The notes under the pieces: model-generated | The model's database searches: none | What the model saw: only the letters and a program-made list of their open reading frames with translations | Told to the model about the DNA's origin: nothing | Part shown: positions 19,102 to 27,604 of the stretch, piece by piece | Layout of the letters: each line of letters opens with the position of its first letter | How positions within the stretch are numbered: position 1 is the stretch's first letter | Translations under genes and position numbers: made by a program | Assembly (NCBI GenBank): GCA_937889945.1 | Contig: CALBZC010000009.1 | Location: 49,532 to 113,531, forward strand | From: an uncultured Bacteroidales bacterium | GTDB lineage: Bacteria; Bacteroidota; Bacteroidia; Bacteroidales; UBA4417 | Length of the DNA: 64,000 bases | Reading direction: 5' to 3'

Positions 19102-20934
19102 ATGAATACATTTGAAAATTTAGGCTTGCATGAAAACCTGTTGCAAGCCATTGAAGAATTAGGCTTTAAAGAGCCTATGCCTGTGCAGGAATCTGTTATC
19201 CCACGCATTTTAGAGAACAACACCGACATTGTAGCCCTTGCACAAACAGGCACAGGAAAAACAGCTGCATTTGGCTTACCTTTATTGCAACTGATAAACA
19301 CAGAAGAACAACATACACAAGCGCTTATACTTAGTCCCACACGCGAACTGTGCTTGCAGATAGCGTCAGACCTTAAAAACTTTTCCAAACATTTACCCGG
19401 CGTAAAAGTTACAGCCATATACGGTGGCGCCAGCTTTGAAACACAAGTAAAACAACTGAAAGCCGGTTCGCAAATTATTGTTGCCACACCTGGTCGTATG
19501 CGCGATATGATTGAGCGCAAAAGCGCGAATGTGTCAAAAGCTAAATTCCTTGTCCTTGACGAAGCGGACGAGATGCTGGACATGGGCTTTGAAGAAGATG
19601 TAACCGCTATTATCGACAGCACTTCGAAAGAACGCCACACTTTCCTTTTTTCCGCAACTATGCCTGAAGAGGTAGAGAAAATAGCGCTACGCTACATGCA
19701 CAAACCCGAAACTATCAGCATGGGCACCCGCAACACGGGAGCTACAAACGTGAAACATATCTATTATTTGGCACATGCAAAAGACCGCTATAACGTGTTA
19801 AAGCGTGTTGCAGATTTTTATCCGGGAATGTACGCTATAGTATTTTGCCGCACACGCCAGGAAACACAAGAAATTGCCGATTCGTTAATTCGCGATGGTT
19901 ATAATGCTGATGCTTTACATGGAGATCTTTCACAGGCACAGCGCGACCATGTGATGAAAAAATTCCGCGAAAGACATCTTAACATGTTAGTTGCTACTGA
20001 TGTTGCGGCACGTGGCATTGATGTTGACAATTTAACCCACGTATTGAATTATAATCTGCCTGACGAATCCAGCAATTATATCCACCGGAGCGGGCGTACA
20101 GGACGTGCGGGCAAAGACGGAATCAGTATTTCTATTCTTAACCTGAAAGAAAAAAAACGTATTAAAGAGCTTGAAAAACAAATAGGAAAGCCTTTTGCCC
20201 AAGCCAAGATACCCATGGGAACACAAGTTTGCGAAAAACAGCTATTTCATTTAATTGATAAAATGGAAAACGTAGAAGTTCGCAATGAAGAAATCGAAGA
20301 TTTTTTACCTGTAATTTATAAAAAGCTTCAATGGATGAGCAACGAAGAGCTTATTAAACGCTTTGTATCTGTTGAGTTTAATCGCTTTTTGGATTATTAC
20401 CGCGATGCGCAAGATTTAAATGTTGACGAAGCTAAAGAACGTGCCAATACGCCGGGATTTACACGTATGTTTATGAGTATCGGCAGAAAAGACGGGTTAA
20501 TGCCACCTAAATTGATTGGTCTTATCAATGATTATTTGAAAGACCGTGATTTAAGGGTGGGCAGAATCGAATTAGGCGATACTTTTACATTTATAGAGAT
20601 TGACAGTCGCTACACGGAAAAATTTCTAGAAGCTTTTAAAGGAAAATATTTAAATGACCGACCCATACGTGTGGATATTTCCGAAAATCAGGACAAACCC
20701 CGCTCACGCGGCAGATCCAGAGGCGGAGATAAAGATGGAAGTTATGGCAGAGACCGCAGCAAATCACGTTATGGTGGAAGCAGAAGTTCAGACAGGTCAA
20801 GCAAAAGAAGTTCCTCATCACGAAGCGAATCTTCATCCGGAAAAGGAAGAAAGTCTTACGATAAATCGGGTAGTGATGAACCTTGGTATAAAAAACGTGG
20901 AGATAAATCAAAAGGGAGCAGACGAAAGAAATAA
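19102..20934 (+). CDS. DEAD-box ATP-dependent RNA helicase (DeaD/CsdA-like) with DbpA-like RNA-binding region and Arg/Ser-rich tail
   Basis: 610 aa. Motif I AQTGTGKT, motif II DEAD (VLDEADEM), SAT, and HRSGRTGRAG. The C-terminal ~80 aa are RS/RG-rich. Confidence 0.92.
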   Translation: MNTFENLGLHENLLQAIEELGFKEPMPVQESVIPRILENNTDIVALAQTGTGKTAAFGLPLLQLINTEEQHTQALILSPTRELCLQIASDLKNFSKHLPGVKVTAIYGGASFETQVKQLKAGSQIIVATPGRMRDMIERKSANVSKAKFLVLDEADEMLDMGFEEDVTAIIDSTSKERHTFLFSATMPEEVEKIALRYMHKPETISMGTRNTGATNVKHIYYLAHAKDRYNVLKRVADFYPGMYAIVFCRTRQETQEIADSLIRDGYNADALHGDLSQAQRDHVMKKFRERHLNMLVATDVAARGIDVDNLTHVLNYNLPDESSNYIHRSGRTGRAGKDGISISILNLKEKKRIKELEKQIGKPFAQAKIPMGTQVCEKQLFHLIDKMENVEVRNEEIEDFLPVIYKKLQWMSNEELIKRFVSVEFNRFLDYYRDAQDLNVDEAKERANTPGFTRMFMSIGRKDGLMPPKLIGLINDYLKDRDLRVGRIELGDTFTFIEIDSRYTEKFLEAFKGKYLNDRPIRVDISENQDKPRSRGRSRGGDKDGSYGRDRSKSRYGGSRSSDRSSKRSSSSRSESSSGKGRKSYDKSGSDEPWYKKRGDKSKGSRRKK

Positions 20935-20965
20935 CATATTCCCCAACACATGAGGGCGTTGATTT

Positions 20966-21316
20966 CTAACCCCTCATGAGTTCATTTAAAATCGCCGCAA
21001 TTTGTTGCTTAAGTATAGGCAAGTCCTTATTTAGGGTAACCCATACTGCATCATAATCTACTTCAAAATATTCATGGATAAGAAAATTACGCATGCTTTT
21101 TGCGGGTTGCCAAGCAACTTCAGGGTATTTATCTTTTAACCAGCCGTCAATATTGGCAATAGCTTCTCCTATAATTTCAGCATTTCTAATAATTGCATCT
21201 TGCTTTACCCAATCATCAAGATAAGTTTCATAATCCAAATCATGTGTTAGAAATTCTATTTTTTCTATTGAACGAAGGATATGATCCAGCCGCAATATAT
21301 TTTTATCAATGCTCAT
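20966..21316 (-). CDS. hepT: HepT-like (DUF86) RNase toxin of a HepT/MntA toxin-antitoxin pair
   Basis: 116 aa. The Rx4HxY motif is present as RNFLIHEY. It overlaps the upstream nucleotidyltransferase gene by 11 bp. Confidence 0.8.
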   Translation of the reverse strand: MSIDKNILRLDHILRSIEKIEFLTHDLDYETYLDDWVKQDAIIRNAEIIGEAIANIDGWLKDKYPEVAWQPAKSMRNFLIHEYFEVDYDAVWVTLNKDLPILKQQIAAILNELMRG

Positions 21317-21593
21317 AAATTACATTCAAATCTGCCAAAATATAATCTTTAAACCGTGGGTGCATAAATTTTTCAGCTACCAAATCTACTTTTTTCTTTA
21401 AACGCTTTTCCAAGTCATTTTGAATGCAAGCTTTATCAAACAATGAGATAGGAGTATAAAACTGGTATAAAATATCAATATCACTATTTGTTGTATCTTC
21501 ATTCCGAGCCACAGAGCCAAATATTCCAATTTTTTTAGGATTATAAGGCTTAAAAACCTCCAGTATAATATCTATTTGTTTTTCTGTCAGCAT
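21306..21593 (-). CDS. mntA: MntA-like minimal nucleotidyltransferase antitoxin
   Basis: GIFGSVARNEDTTNSDIDIL carries the GS-x10-DxD nucleotidyltransferase motif. The likely start is M6 (21593) of the 100-aa track ORF. Confidence 0.8.
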   Translation of the reverse strand: MLTEKQIDIILEVFKPYNPKKIGIFGSVARNEDTTNSDIDILYQFYTPISLFDKACIQNDLEKRLKKKVDLVAEKFMHPRFKDYILADLNVIYEH

Positions 21594-21687
21594 AATGCAA
21601 AGATACACATTCTTGAGGTAAAAAAAACAGGGCTAGATATAAACAAGCCACGTGTTTTGATTTTAATAAATTTTTATCCTCCTATTT

Positions 21688-21731
21688 TGTCGAAGCCAGC
21701 TAACGTTCAACTTCAATTGCAGCCATACATC
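21688..21731 (-). pseudogene. Decayed duplicate of the trxB 3' end (encodes GCMAAIEVER*LAS versus trxB GCMAAIEAERWLAS)
   Basis: About 78% nucleotide identity by eye with 24383-24426, in the same orientation as trxB. The Trp codon is replaced by TAG. Confidence 0.65.
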
Positions 21732-21855
21732 CGGAGAATTACTTAACCTCAGCGTCTTCTTACAGAGAGAATCTGCGAAAAAAAGAAAAAGAGAAGAAAA
21801 TAGTAAAAAAAACTAACCTCAGGACATTTTTATTTATAGGCAGCAATTAACGATC

Positions 21856-24063
21856 TCACGCATTGTGGTCTTTCCATATTCTTGTAGCTCTTATCTCTAC
21901 ATAAGAAATACCCTCTCCTAATGCTTCTTTCACTTCGCTCAACCCTTTGACGTCAGGGTTATTTTTATAAAAATCAAGAATAACTTGCATTTTTTCCTGT
22001 GAAACAAAATTTTCTACTTGCATTTCGCCTGTAGGAATAAACGACAATAAATGTCCTTGAATGGTGTTAACGGCAAATCCGCGATCTATGGCTATTTCTT
22101 CAACACTTTTCCCATCCTGAAACATTTGCAGGCTGATGCGCATCGTTTCTCCCTTAGCAGGCTTTGATGCAGGCTTAAGAACTTCTGCCACTTGCGCTGT
22201 TTCTTTTTTTTCCGTCAGTATGCCTAAAACATCACCTAAACTAAACGGTTGCATTAAACGACTACAAATTTGGGCAACCTGTGCTAATTGATTCTTCTTA
22301 CGCTCAAAGAAAACCAGCAGTTCAAACACTTCTTTTTGCTTCTTTTTGGTGCGCGATTTTGATTTCAATTGTATCAAAAGCTCTTGCAACGGCTTAATTA
22401 CATCATTACACAAAGCATCCGAAAACCAGGTAGAAGCCAAACTCACTCGATTATGAAGCAATTCGTAATCACATGTTTTGCTTGGCGATTGAGGCAAAAT
22501 GCACTGTAATTGAACGCTAAACTTGTCTGCTATTTCTTTTTGCGCTGCCAATTTTTTAACAGATGCTTCTACTTGTCCGAGGAGGTCTTGGTTTTCATCT
22601 TCAAAAAGGTCGGATTTTTTATCGTTCACATACTCGCTAAGCATTATATAGGCTTTGCTCCAATCAAAAACTTTTAACACTTGGTTATGAATAAACTCCA
22701 TCTGTTCATTTTCAAGTATGGAAGATAGATTTTCTTCTTCGTGATCCTGACATGAAAAATCAACCACCTTTTCATCAATCGTGATAGAAGATGAAGATAT
22801 ACGCGACAGCAGCACCAAGCCATCCAAACTACTCAGCCTGCTCAATGCAACATACACCTGACCTGATGCGAACGATGCGCCTGCATCAATAATGGCGTGC
22901 TCAAACGTTAGCCCTTGACTTTTATGAATAGTGATAGCCCATGCCAAACGAATAGGATATTGCGAAAACGTTCCCAATTCCTCCTCTTCAATGCTGTCAC
23001 TTTCTGTATTATAATTATACTTGATATTTTGCCATTTCTCTTTTTTAAGCAACAAGGGATGCTTGTCATTTTTAAAACGTATTTTTATTTCATCATCTAA
23101 AAAATCTTCGATAATGCCTATTTTCCCATTGTAATAGCGGCGTTCTTCGCCCTTGTCATTTTTTATGAACATCACCTGGGAGCCTTTTTTCAGGTAGAGG
23201 GTTTTCTCTGTGGGATACATACGCTCCGGAAAATCGCGCGAGATCTCAGCTTCGAAAATATGGAGTTTTTCTTTAAGCCTGTCTAATTCGTTCTTGTTAA
23301 TGCGCTCGGCAAGGTAATTATGAGATGTAAGCGTAATGTACCCATCTTGCGGGCAAGGTTTGAAATTGGGGCGGTAATAGCTGTTAAGTTGCGCTAAATC
23401 GTTTTCCGTAAAGGTTTTATGTCTTATTTTATTAAGCAGCCCAATAAAATCTTCATTACTTTGTCGAAAAACTTTTTTCAACTCAATATAGAGCATGCGC
23501 GCATCACGAATAACATGTGCATCGAAAAAATAAGGACTGTTATAGTAGGGCTTAAGCAAAACTTCTTCTTCGTTTTTCAGCACCGGTGGCAGTTGCATCA
23601 TATCTCCTATAAAAAGCATTTGCACACCGCCGAAAGGTTGCGCAAAATTATGCCGCACCGTTTTGAGTATAAAATCAACAGCATCGAGCAAATCAGCACG
23701 AACCATCGAAATTTCATCAATAATGAGCAACTCTAATTCGCGGATAAGGGTTAGTTTTTGCTTACCTAATTTCAGTTTTGCCTTCAGTTGCGAACGAGAA
23801 AAAACTTGTTTATCCAATCCCGAAACATCCGCCATAAGCGTATTGGCAGGCACGAAAGTAGCCCAAGGCAACAAAAAAAACGCGTGAATAGTAGTTCCGC
23901 CGGCATTGATTGCAGCAACGCCTGTTGGGGCTATTACTGCCAATTTTTTAGATGAATTTTCTTTGATGTAGCGCAGGAAAGTTGTTTTTCCTGTTCCTGC
24001 TTTTCCTGTAAGAAAAAGGTTTCGATTGGTATAGTTGATGAAAGCGGCAGCTTGGGAAAACAT
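21856..24063 (-). CDS. Pif1/RecD-like superfamily 1 helicase with C-terminal helix-turn-helix region
   Basis: 735 aa. Walker A GKAGTGKTT, Walker B LIIDEISMV, and the late helicase motif ITIHKSQGLTFE. The C-terminal ~90 aa resemble an HTH (EEIAIDRGFAVNTIQGHL). Confidence 0.8.
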   Translation of the reverse strand: MFSQAAAFINYTNRNLFLTGKAGTGKTTFLRYIKENSSKKLAVIAPTGVAAINAGGTTIHAFFLLPWATFVPANTLMADVSGLDKQVFSRSQLKAKLKLGKQKLTLIRELELLIIDEISMVRADLLDAVDFILKTVRHNFAQPFGGVQMLFIGDMMQLPPVLKNEEEVLLKPYYNSPYFFDAHVIRDARMLYIELKKVFRQSNEDFIGLLNKIRHKTFTENDLAQLNSYYRPNFKPCPQDGYITLTSHNYLAERINKNELDRLKEKLHIFEAEISRDFPERMYPTEKTLYLKKGSQVMFIKNDKGEERRYYNGKIGIIEDFLDDEIKIRFKNDKHPLLLKKEKWQNIKYNYNTESDSIEEEELGTFSQYPIRLAWAITIHKSQGLTFEHAIIDAGASFASGQVYVALSRLSSLDGLVLLSRISSSSITIDEKVVDFSCQDHEEENLSSILENEQMEFIHNQVLKVFDWSKAYIMLSEYVNDKKSDLFEDENQDLLGQVEASVKKLAAQKEIADKFSVQLQCILPQSPSKTCDYELLHNRVSLASTWFSDALCNDVIKPLQELLIQLKSKSRTKKKQKEVFELLVFFERKKNQLAQVAQICSRLMQPFSLGDVLGILTEKKETAQVAEVLKPASKPAKGETMRISLQMFQDGKSVEEIAIDRGFAVNTIQGHLLSFIPTGEMQVENFVSQEKMQVILDFYKNNPDVKGLSEVKEALGEGISYVEIRATRIWKDHNA

Positions 24064-24320
24064 AAAATTAGCTATTACTCATTCGCGTATTAACGTTTAT
24101 CGTATTTGCAATAAAACAAAGGTAAAAATTAGTATTGAGGAATAAAATGAAAAGTTAAAATGTTTTATTTTTAGCCAATCTGTCTTAGTTCAAGCAATTA
24201 ATTTTAAAACAGTTATATTTTTATTAAAACATCTTTCATCTAAAATAGCGCCCAAAAGTTTTTATCTTTAACTACAAATTCACAACATCATAAAAATTTA
24301 ATGTGCAAAACTAAATATAT

Positions 24321-24352
24321 AAAAAAACAGGACTTAGTTTCTCTAAATCCTG
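24321..24352 (-). terminator. Intrinsic terminator downstream of trxB
   Basis: Minus strand: CAGGATTTAG-loop-CTAAGTCCTG (10 bp, 1 mismatch) followed by TTTTTTT, 25 nt after the trxB stop. Confidence 0.7.
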
Positions 24353-24376
24353 CTTGTATATTATTATTTTAATCTT

Positions 24377-25321
24377 TTATTCTCTCGATGCCAGCCAACG
24401 CTCAGCCTCTATAGCTGCCATACAGCCCGTACCGGCTGATGTTACCGCTTGACGGTAAATATGATCTTGCACATCACCCGCAGCAAACACCCCCTCTATA
24501 TTGGTGCGTGTTGAGCCCGGAATAGTCTTGATATAGCCATTTTCATCCATATCCAACATTCCTTTAAAAATTTCAGTATTGGGCTGATGACCAATAGCCA
24601 CAAAGAAACCTTGTACGGCTATTTCTTTCATTTCACTGGTTTTGGTATTACGCAATCTCGCACCTGTAACCACATTACCATCACCTAATATTTCTTCTGG
24701 CGCGTGATTCCACACTATCTCTAAGTTCGGCGTATTCATCACCCTGTGCTGCATAGCTTTAGAAGCTCTTAATTCATCACGACGAACAATAAGATATACT
24801 TTATTGCACAATTTTGATAAATATGCGGCTTCTTCACAGGCGGTATCTCCTCCACCCACAACGGCAACATCCATTCCTTTGTAGAAAAAGCCGTCGCATG
24901 TGGCACAGGCTGAAACGCCGTGTCCGTTATACTTTTTCTCGGATTCCAAGCCAAGCCAACGCGCAGTGGCGCCTGTGGCTATAATCACAGATTCGGCTTC
25001 TACATCCACACCGGCATCTGTTGTAAGCACAAATGGTTTTTTAGAAAAATCGACTTTATCAATAATACCGAAACGAATATCTGTTCCAAAACGTGAAGCT
25101 TGTTTCAGGAGATCGTCCATTAACTGCGTTCCTTGCACGCCCTCAGGATATCCGGGGAAATTATCCACTTCAGTGGTAGTAGTAAGCTGTCCGCCCATTT
25201 GCAAGCCCGTGTATAAAACAGGTTTTAAATCGGCACGTGCAGCGTAAATAGCGGCAGTATATCCGGCAGGACCCGACCCAATTATAAGGCATTGGATGGG
25301 GTTATTTTCTGTTTGTGTCAT
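24377..25321 (-). CDS. trxB: Thioredoxin-disulfide reductase
   Basis: FAD motif IIGSGPAGYTAA, redox-active CATC (SACATCDG) and NADPH motif VVGGGDTACEEA. The start is taken at M11 of the track ORF. Confidence 0.92.
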   Translation of the reverse strand: MTQTENNPIQCLIIGSGPAGYTAAIYAARADLKPVLYTGLQMGGQLTTTTEVDNFPGYPEGVQGTQLMDDLLKQASRFGTDIRFGIIDKVDFSKKPFVLTTDAGVDVEAESVIIATGATARWLGLESEKKYNGHGVSACATCDGFFYKGMDVAVVGGGDTACEEAAYLSKLCNKVYLIVRRDELRASKAMQHRVMNTPNLEIVWNHAPEEILGDGNVVTGARLRNTKTSEMKEIAVQGFFVAIGHQPNTEIFKGMLDMDENGYIKTIPGSTRTNIEGVFAAGDVQDHIYRQAVTSAGTGCMAAIEAERWLASRE

Positions 25322-25432
25322 AATTAGATAATTATATATATTTAATGACAAAGATATAACAATCGCAGAAATAAAAAAAAGCTGAAATTTTTAGATTTTA
25401 CTTCAGCTTCTTATATTTTGTTAAAACAGACC

Positions 25433-26116
25433 TTAACGTTTACTATTTATATAATCGAGCAACTCATTTTTGCTTGATGAAAATGTAAAACATTCTGCCA
25501 CCTGATAATAATTTTGCTTATCTACGGTTTGGGAATAGAGCTGCTTTGCCAACAACAATTTTTCATCACCATCAAACCTGAAAGCTTTTATAATTTCATA
25601 AACCTGAGAGGTGTAAAACAATACATTTTTGCTTCCGGCAGATGCCGTTTTATATTTATCGTCATCAAACGGTTGTTTTTGTATAGCCCTGATAAAATTG
25701 TTAAACTCTTTGTTAGTCATTATCTGAGGCATATCCATATTATAAGGATAAGGAGGCTGCCTATATACGTTGCGGTCGTAATCAACGTTTCCGTTCTCAT
25801 CACGCACTACTTGCCGGTAAACGTTGGCATGTGCATCCAATGTAAGTATTACTTTTTCGCCCCTGCGCACATATACATCTATGGGTTTTTGACGAGGGGA
25901 AAGTTGAAACCGTGGAGAATAGGAAACTTTCACCTTATAATTACCCTCCATAAGATTACAAAAAGTAATGTTTGTACCCGACTCGGTATAAGACTGATAC
26001 TGCCCCATTACAGAAGCATACATAACAATTTGGTTATCACTTACAATTTTTATGGATTGCCCCCAACCAAAAACGGGCAATAACAATAGTAAAAAAGATG
26101 ACACTATACGATTCAT
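25433..26116 (-). CDS. DUF4476 domain-containing secreted protein
   Basis: 227 aa with a signal peptide. The C-terminal half shows the F.FD..KL..AK...... F.FSS.K.EL..YI pattern that I associate with DUF4476. Confidence 0.6.
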   Translation of the reverse strand: MNRIVSSFLLLLLPVFGWGQSIKIVSDNQIVMYASVMGQYQSYTESGTNITFCNLMEGNYKVKVSYSPRFQLSPRQKPIDVYVRRGEKVILTLDAHANVYRQVVRDENGNVDYDRNVYRQPPYPYNMDMPQIMTNKEFNNFIRAIQKQPFDDDKYKTASAGSKNVLFYTSQVYEIIKAFRFDGDEKLLLAKQLYSQTVDKQNYYQVAECFTFSSSKNELLDYINSKR

Positions 26117-26171
26117 AATACATGATATTAAATTCCTTTAAAAAGGAATGCATTTTTCGTGCCAAGAGAAT

Positions 26172-26193
26172 AAAAAAGCAGGATTTCTCCTGC
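26172..26193 (-). terminator. Intrinsic terminator downstream of the PepC-like gene
   Basis: GCAGGA-GAAA-TCCTGC hairpin followed by TTTTTT on the minus strand, about 25 nt after the stop at 26219. Confidence 0.6.
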
Positions 26194-26218
26194 TTTTAAA
26201 ACCATTTTTATTTTCCTC

Positions 26219-27412
26219 TTAGAAATCTTTTTCAACTTTCAATTTGTTTTTTATTTCGGACGGAACTACTTTTTTATTAACCATAATGGTTGTAGTTTTA
26301 TATTTCACGTATTCCTTAGAGACATACAAGAAACCTTTATAATCATTATCTACACCCCAAGAGTTTTTTACCATATAGTATTCAGTGCCGTTTTGGTCTT
26401 TTGCCAAACCTACAATGTGCATACCGTGGTCGTCAGTAGTTGTTAGGTTATCAAGCCCTTGCTGACGAATTTCAGGGGTAATTTTCAATTCTTTTCTTAC
26501 TTCTTTAAAAATTTCTTCACGTTTCAATTTTTCTCCTGACAGTGCATTTTCGGGAACAATAGCAACACCATTGGGCCAGCTAAAATAAGGTTCGCTTACA
26601 TCTGCTCCCCAAGCAACGGTATGCCCTGCCTTTAGAGAATTATCCACAAGCGTAATAAAGTCGTCAACGGGCAAATTATAGAGCCACTGGAAAGACCAGT
26701 TATCAGAAGCAAGCATAGGCGCTTTTTCGTAGTAGGGCGTGTTGGTTTGAGAAATAAATTCGATATAATCGTTAGGATTAATACCTACAAAGTCTTTAGC
26801 AAAAGATTTGGGCGTATATTGCTTTCCTTCAAAAGTGAATGTTTCAGGAACTTTGCCTAAATAAGCATCTAACATATTGCTCAACACTTGACGCCATACC
26901 GGATTCACTTTACCGGATTTGCTGTTTATTACACTTTTTAAATAGGGCTCAATAGCAGCCTGCATATCGCCAAAGCTGTTTCTGGTAGCGCCATTCAACA
27001 ATCCTGTATATGCTTCATAAGGCATAGCTCCATATTTAGTAAGCATTTCCAACACATCGTGCGCTTCGCCACCATCGCCCCACTGGATTGCGCCATTGGT
27101 ACGAACATAAATATATGCTTTATCTTCATATTGTTTGCGCGCATGGAAAATTTTAGATAAATGAATAGGTTTTTTCCCGTTTTTTATCATTTCCGATTCC
27201 AAGAAAGAATTGGTTGAATAGCTCCAGCAAGTTCCTGAAGATCCTTGATTTTCAACAGGTGTAGTACTCAAATCTATAATGTTGGTAAAACGATAGGCTT
27301 TATCTTCTTTATTTATTTGTGTAGCGCTGGCTGTTTTAACAAGATTGTCTTGTGCTTGCACAAGCATCATATTAAAAGAAAGAATAGCAAGCAAAAAAAA
27401 TGTTTTTTTCAT
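26219..27412 (-). CDS. C1-family cysteine peptidase (aminopeptidase C / bleomycin hydrolase-like), secreted
   Basis: Catalytic Cys context QGSSGTCWSYS, His DDHGMHIVG and Asn/Trp KNSWG. The start is taken at M19 (MKKTFFLLAILSF signal peptide) rather than the track start at 27466. Confidence 0.82.
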   Translation of the reverse strand: MKKTFFLLAILSFNMMLVQAQDNLVKTASATQINKEDKAYRFTNIIDLSTTPVENQGSSGTCWSYSTNSFLESEMIKNGKKPIHLSKIFHARKQYEDKAYIYVRTNGAIQWGDGGEAHDVLEMLTKYGAMPYEAYTGLLNGATRNSFGDMQAAIEPYLKSVINSKSGKVNPVWRQVLSNMLDAYLGKVPETFTFEGKQYTPKSFAKDFVGINPNDYIEFISQTNTPYYEKAPMLASDNWSFQWLYNLPVDDFITLVDNSLKAGHTVAWGADVSEPYFSWPNGVAIVPENALSGEKLKREEIFKEVRKELKITPEIRQQGLDNLTTTDDHGMHIVGLAKDQNGTEYYMVKNSWGVDNDYKGFLYVSKEYVKYKTTTIMVNKKVVPSEIKNKLKVEKDF

Positions 27413-27587
27413 ACGTTTTAATTTTGATTTTAAAGGTTGTATGGAACTCTGCATGGCTGTAGTCATTGCTTTGTGTGGAACACTTGCTTTCCATGCTCCG
27501 TTTCATACGTTTTAATTTTGATTTTAAAGATTGTATGGAACTCTGCATGGTTGTAGTCATTCACCTGCATTCCATACTACGTTTCAT
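27408..27587. repeat. Tandem duplication (93-bp unit, 81-bp unit and a 6-bp partial) of the PepC-like gene start region
   Basis: Unit 1 is 27408-27500 and unit 2 is 27501-27581. The first ~60 bp of each differ at 2 positions. Each unit begins (minus strand) with ATGAAA. Confidence 0.8.
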
Positions 27588-27604
27588 GATTTATTATAGT
27601 TTTT

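Noticed and set aside
19089-19640. 183-aa minus-strand ORF
   Set aside because: Antisense to the DEAD-box helicase N-terminal domain (motifs I-II on the plus strand). The Ser/Cys-rich translation looks like an antisense artefact.
20949-20978. Hairpin CATGAGGG...CCCTCATG spanning the end of the DEAD-box gene spacer and the HepT stop codon, considered as a terminator
   Set aside because: There is no T-run after the stem on either strand, and half of the stem is coding sequence of hepT. Not supportable as an intrinsic terminator.
25514-26083. 189-aa plus-strand ORF
   Set aside because: Antisense to the DUF4476 gene, which has a signal peptide and a recognisable domain pattern. The plus-strand product has no features.
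27372-27560. 62-aa ORF upstream of and overlapping the PepC-like gene
   Set aside because: It is a by-product of the tandem duplication of the peptidase start region (same MTTxMQSSIQxLKSKLKRMK prefix) and runs out of frame into the gene. Treated as part of the repeat finding, not as a gene.
27408-27587. Considered whether the tandem repeats could be a small CRISPR array
   Set aside because: There are only two units plus a stub, directly abutting without unique spacers, and they overlap a gene start. There are no cas genes in the window.
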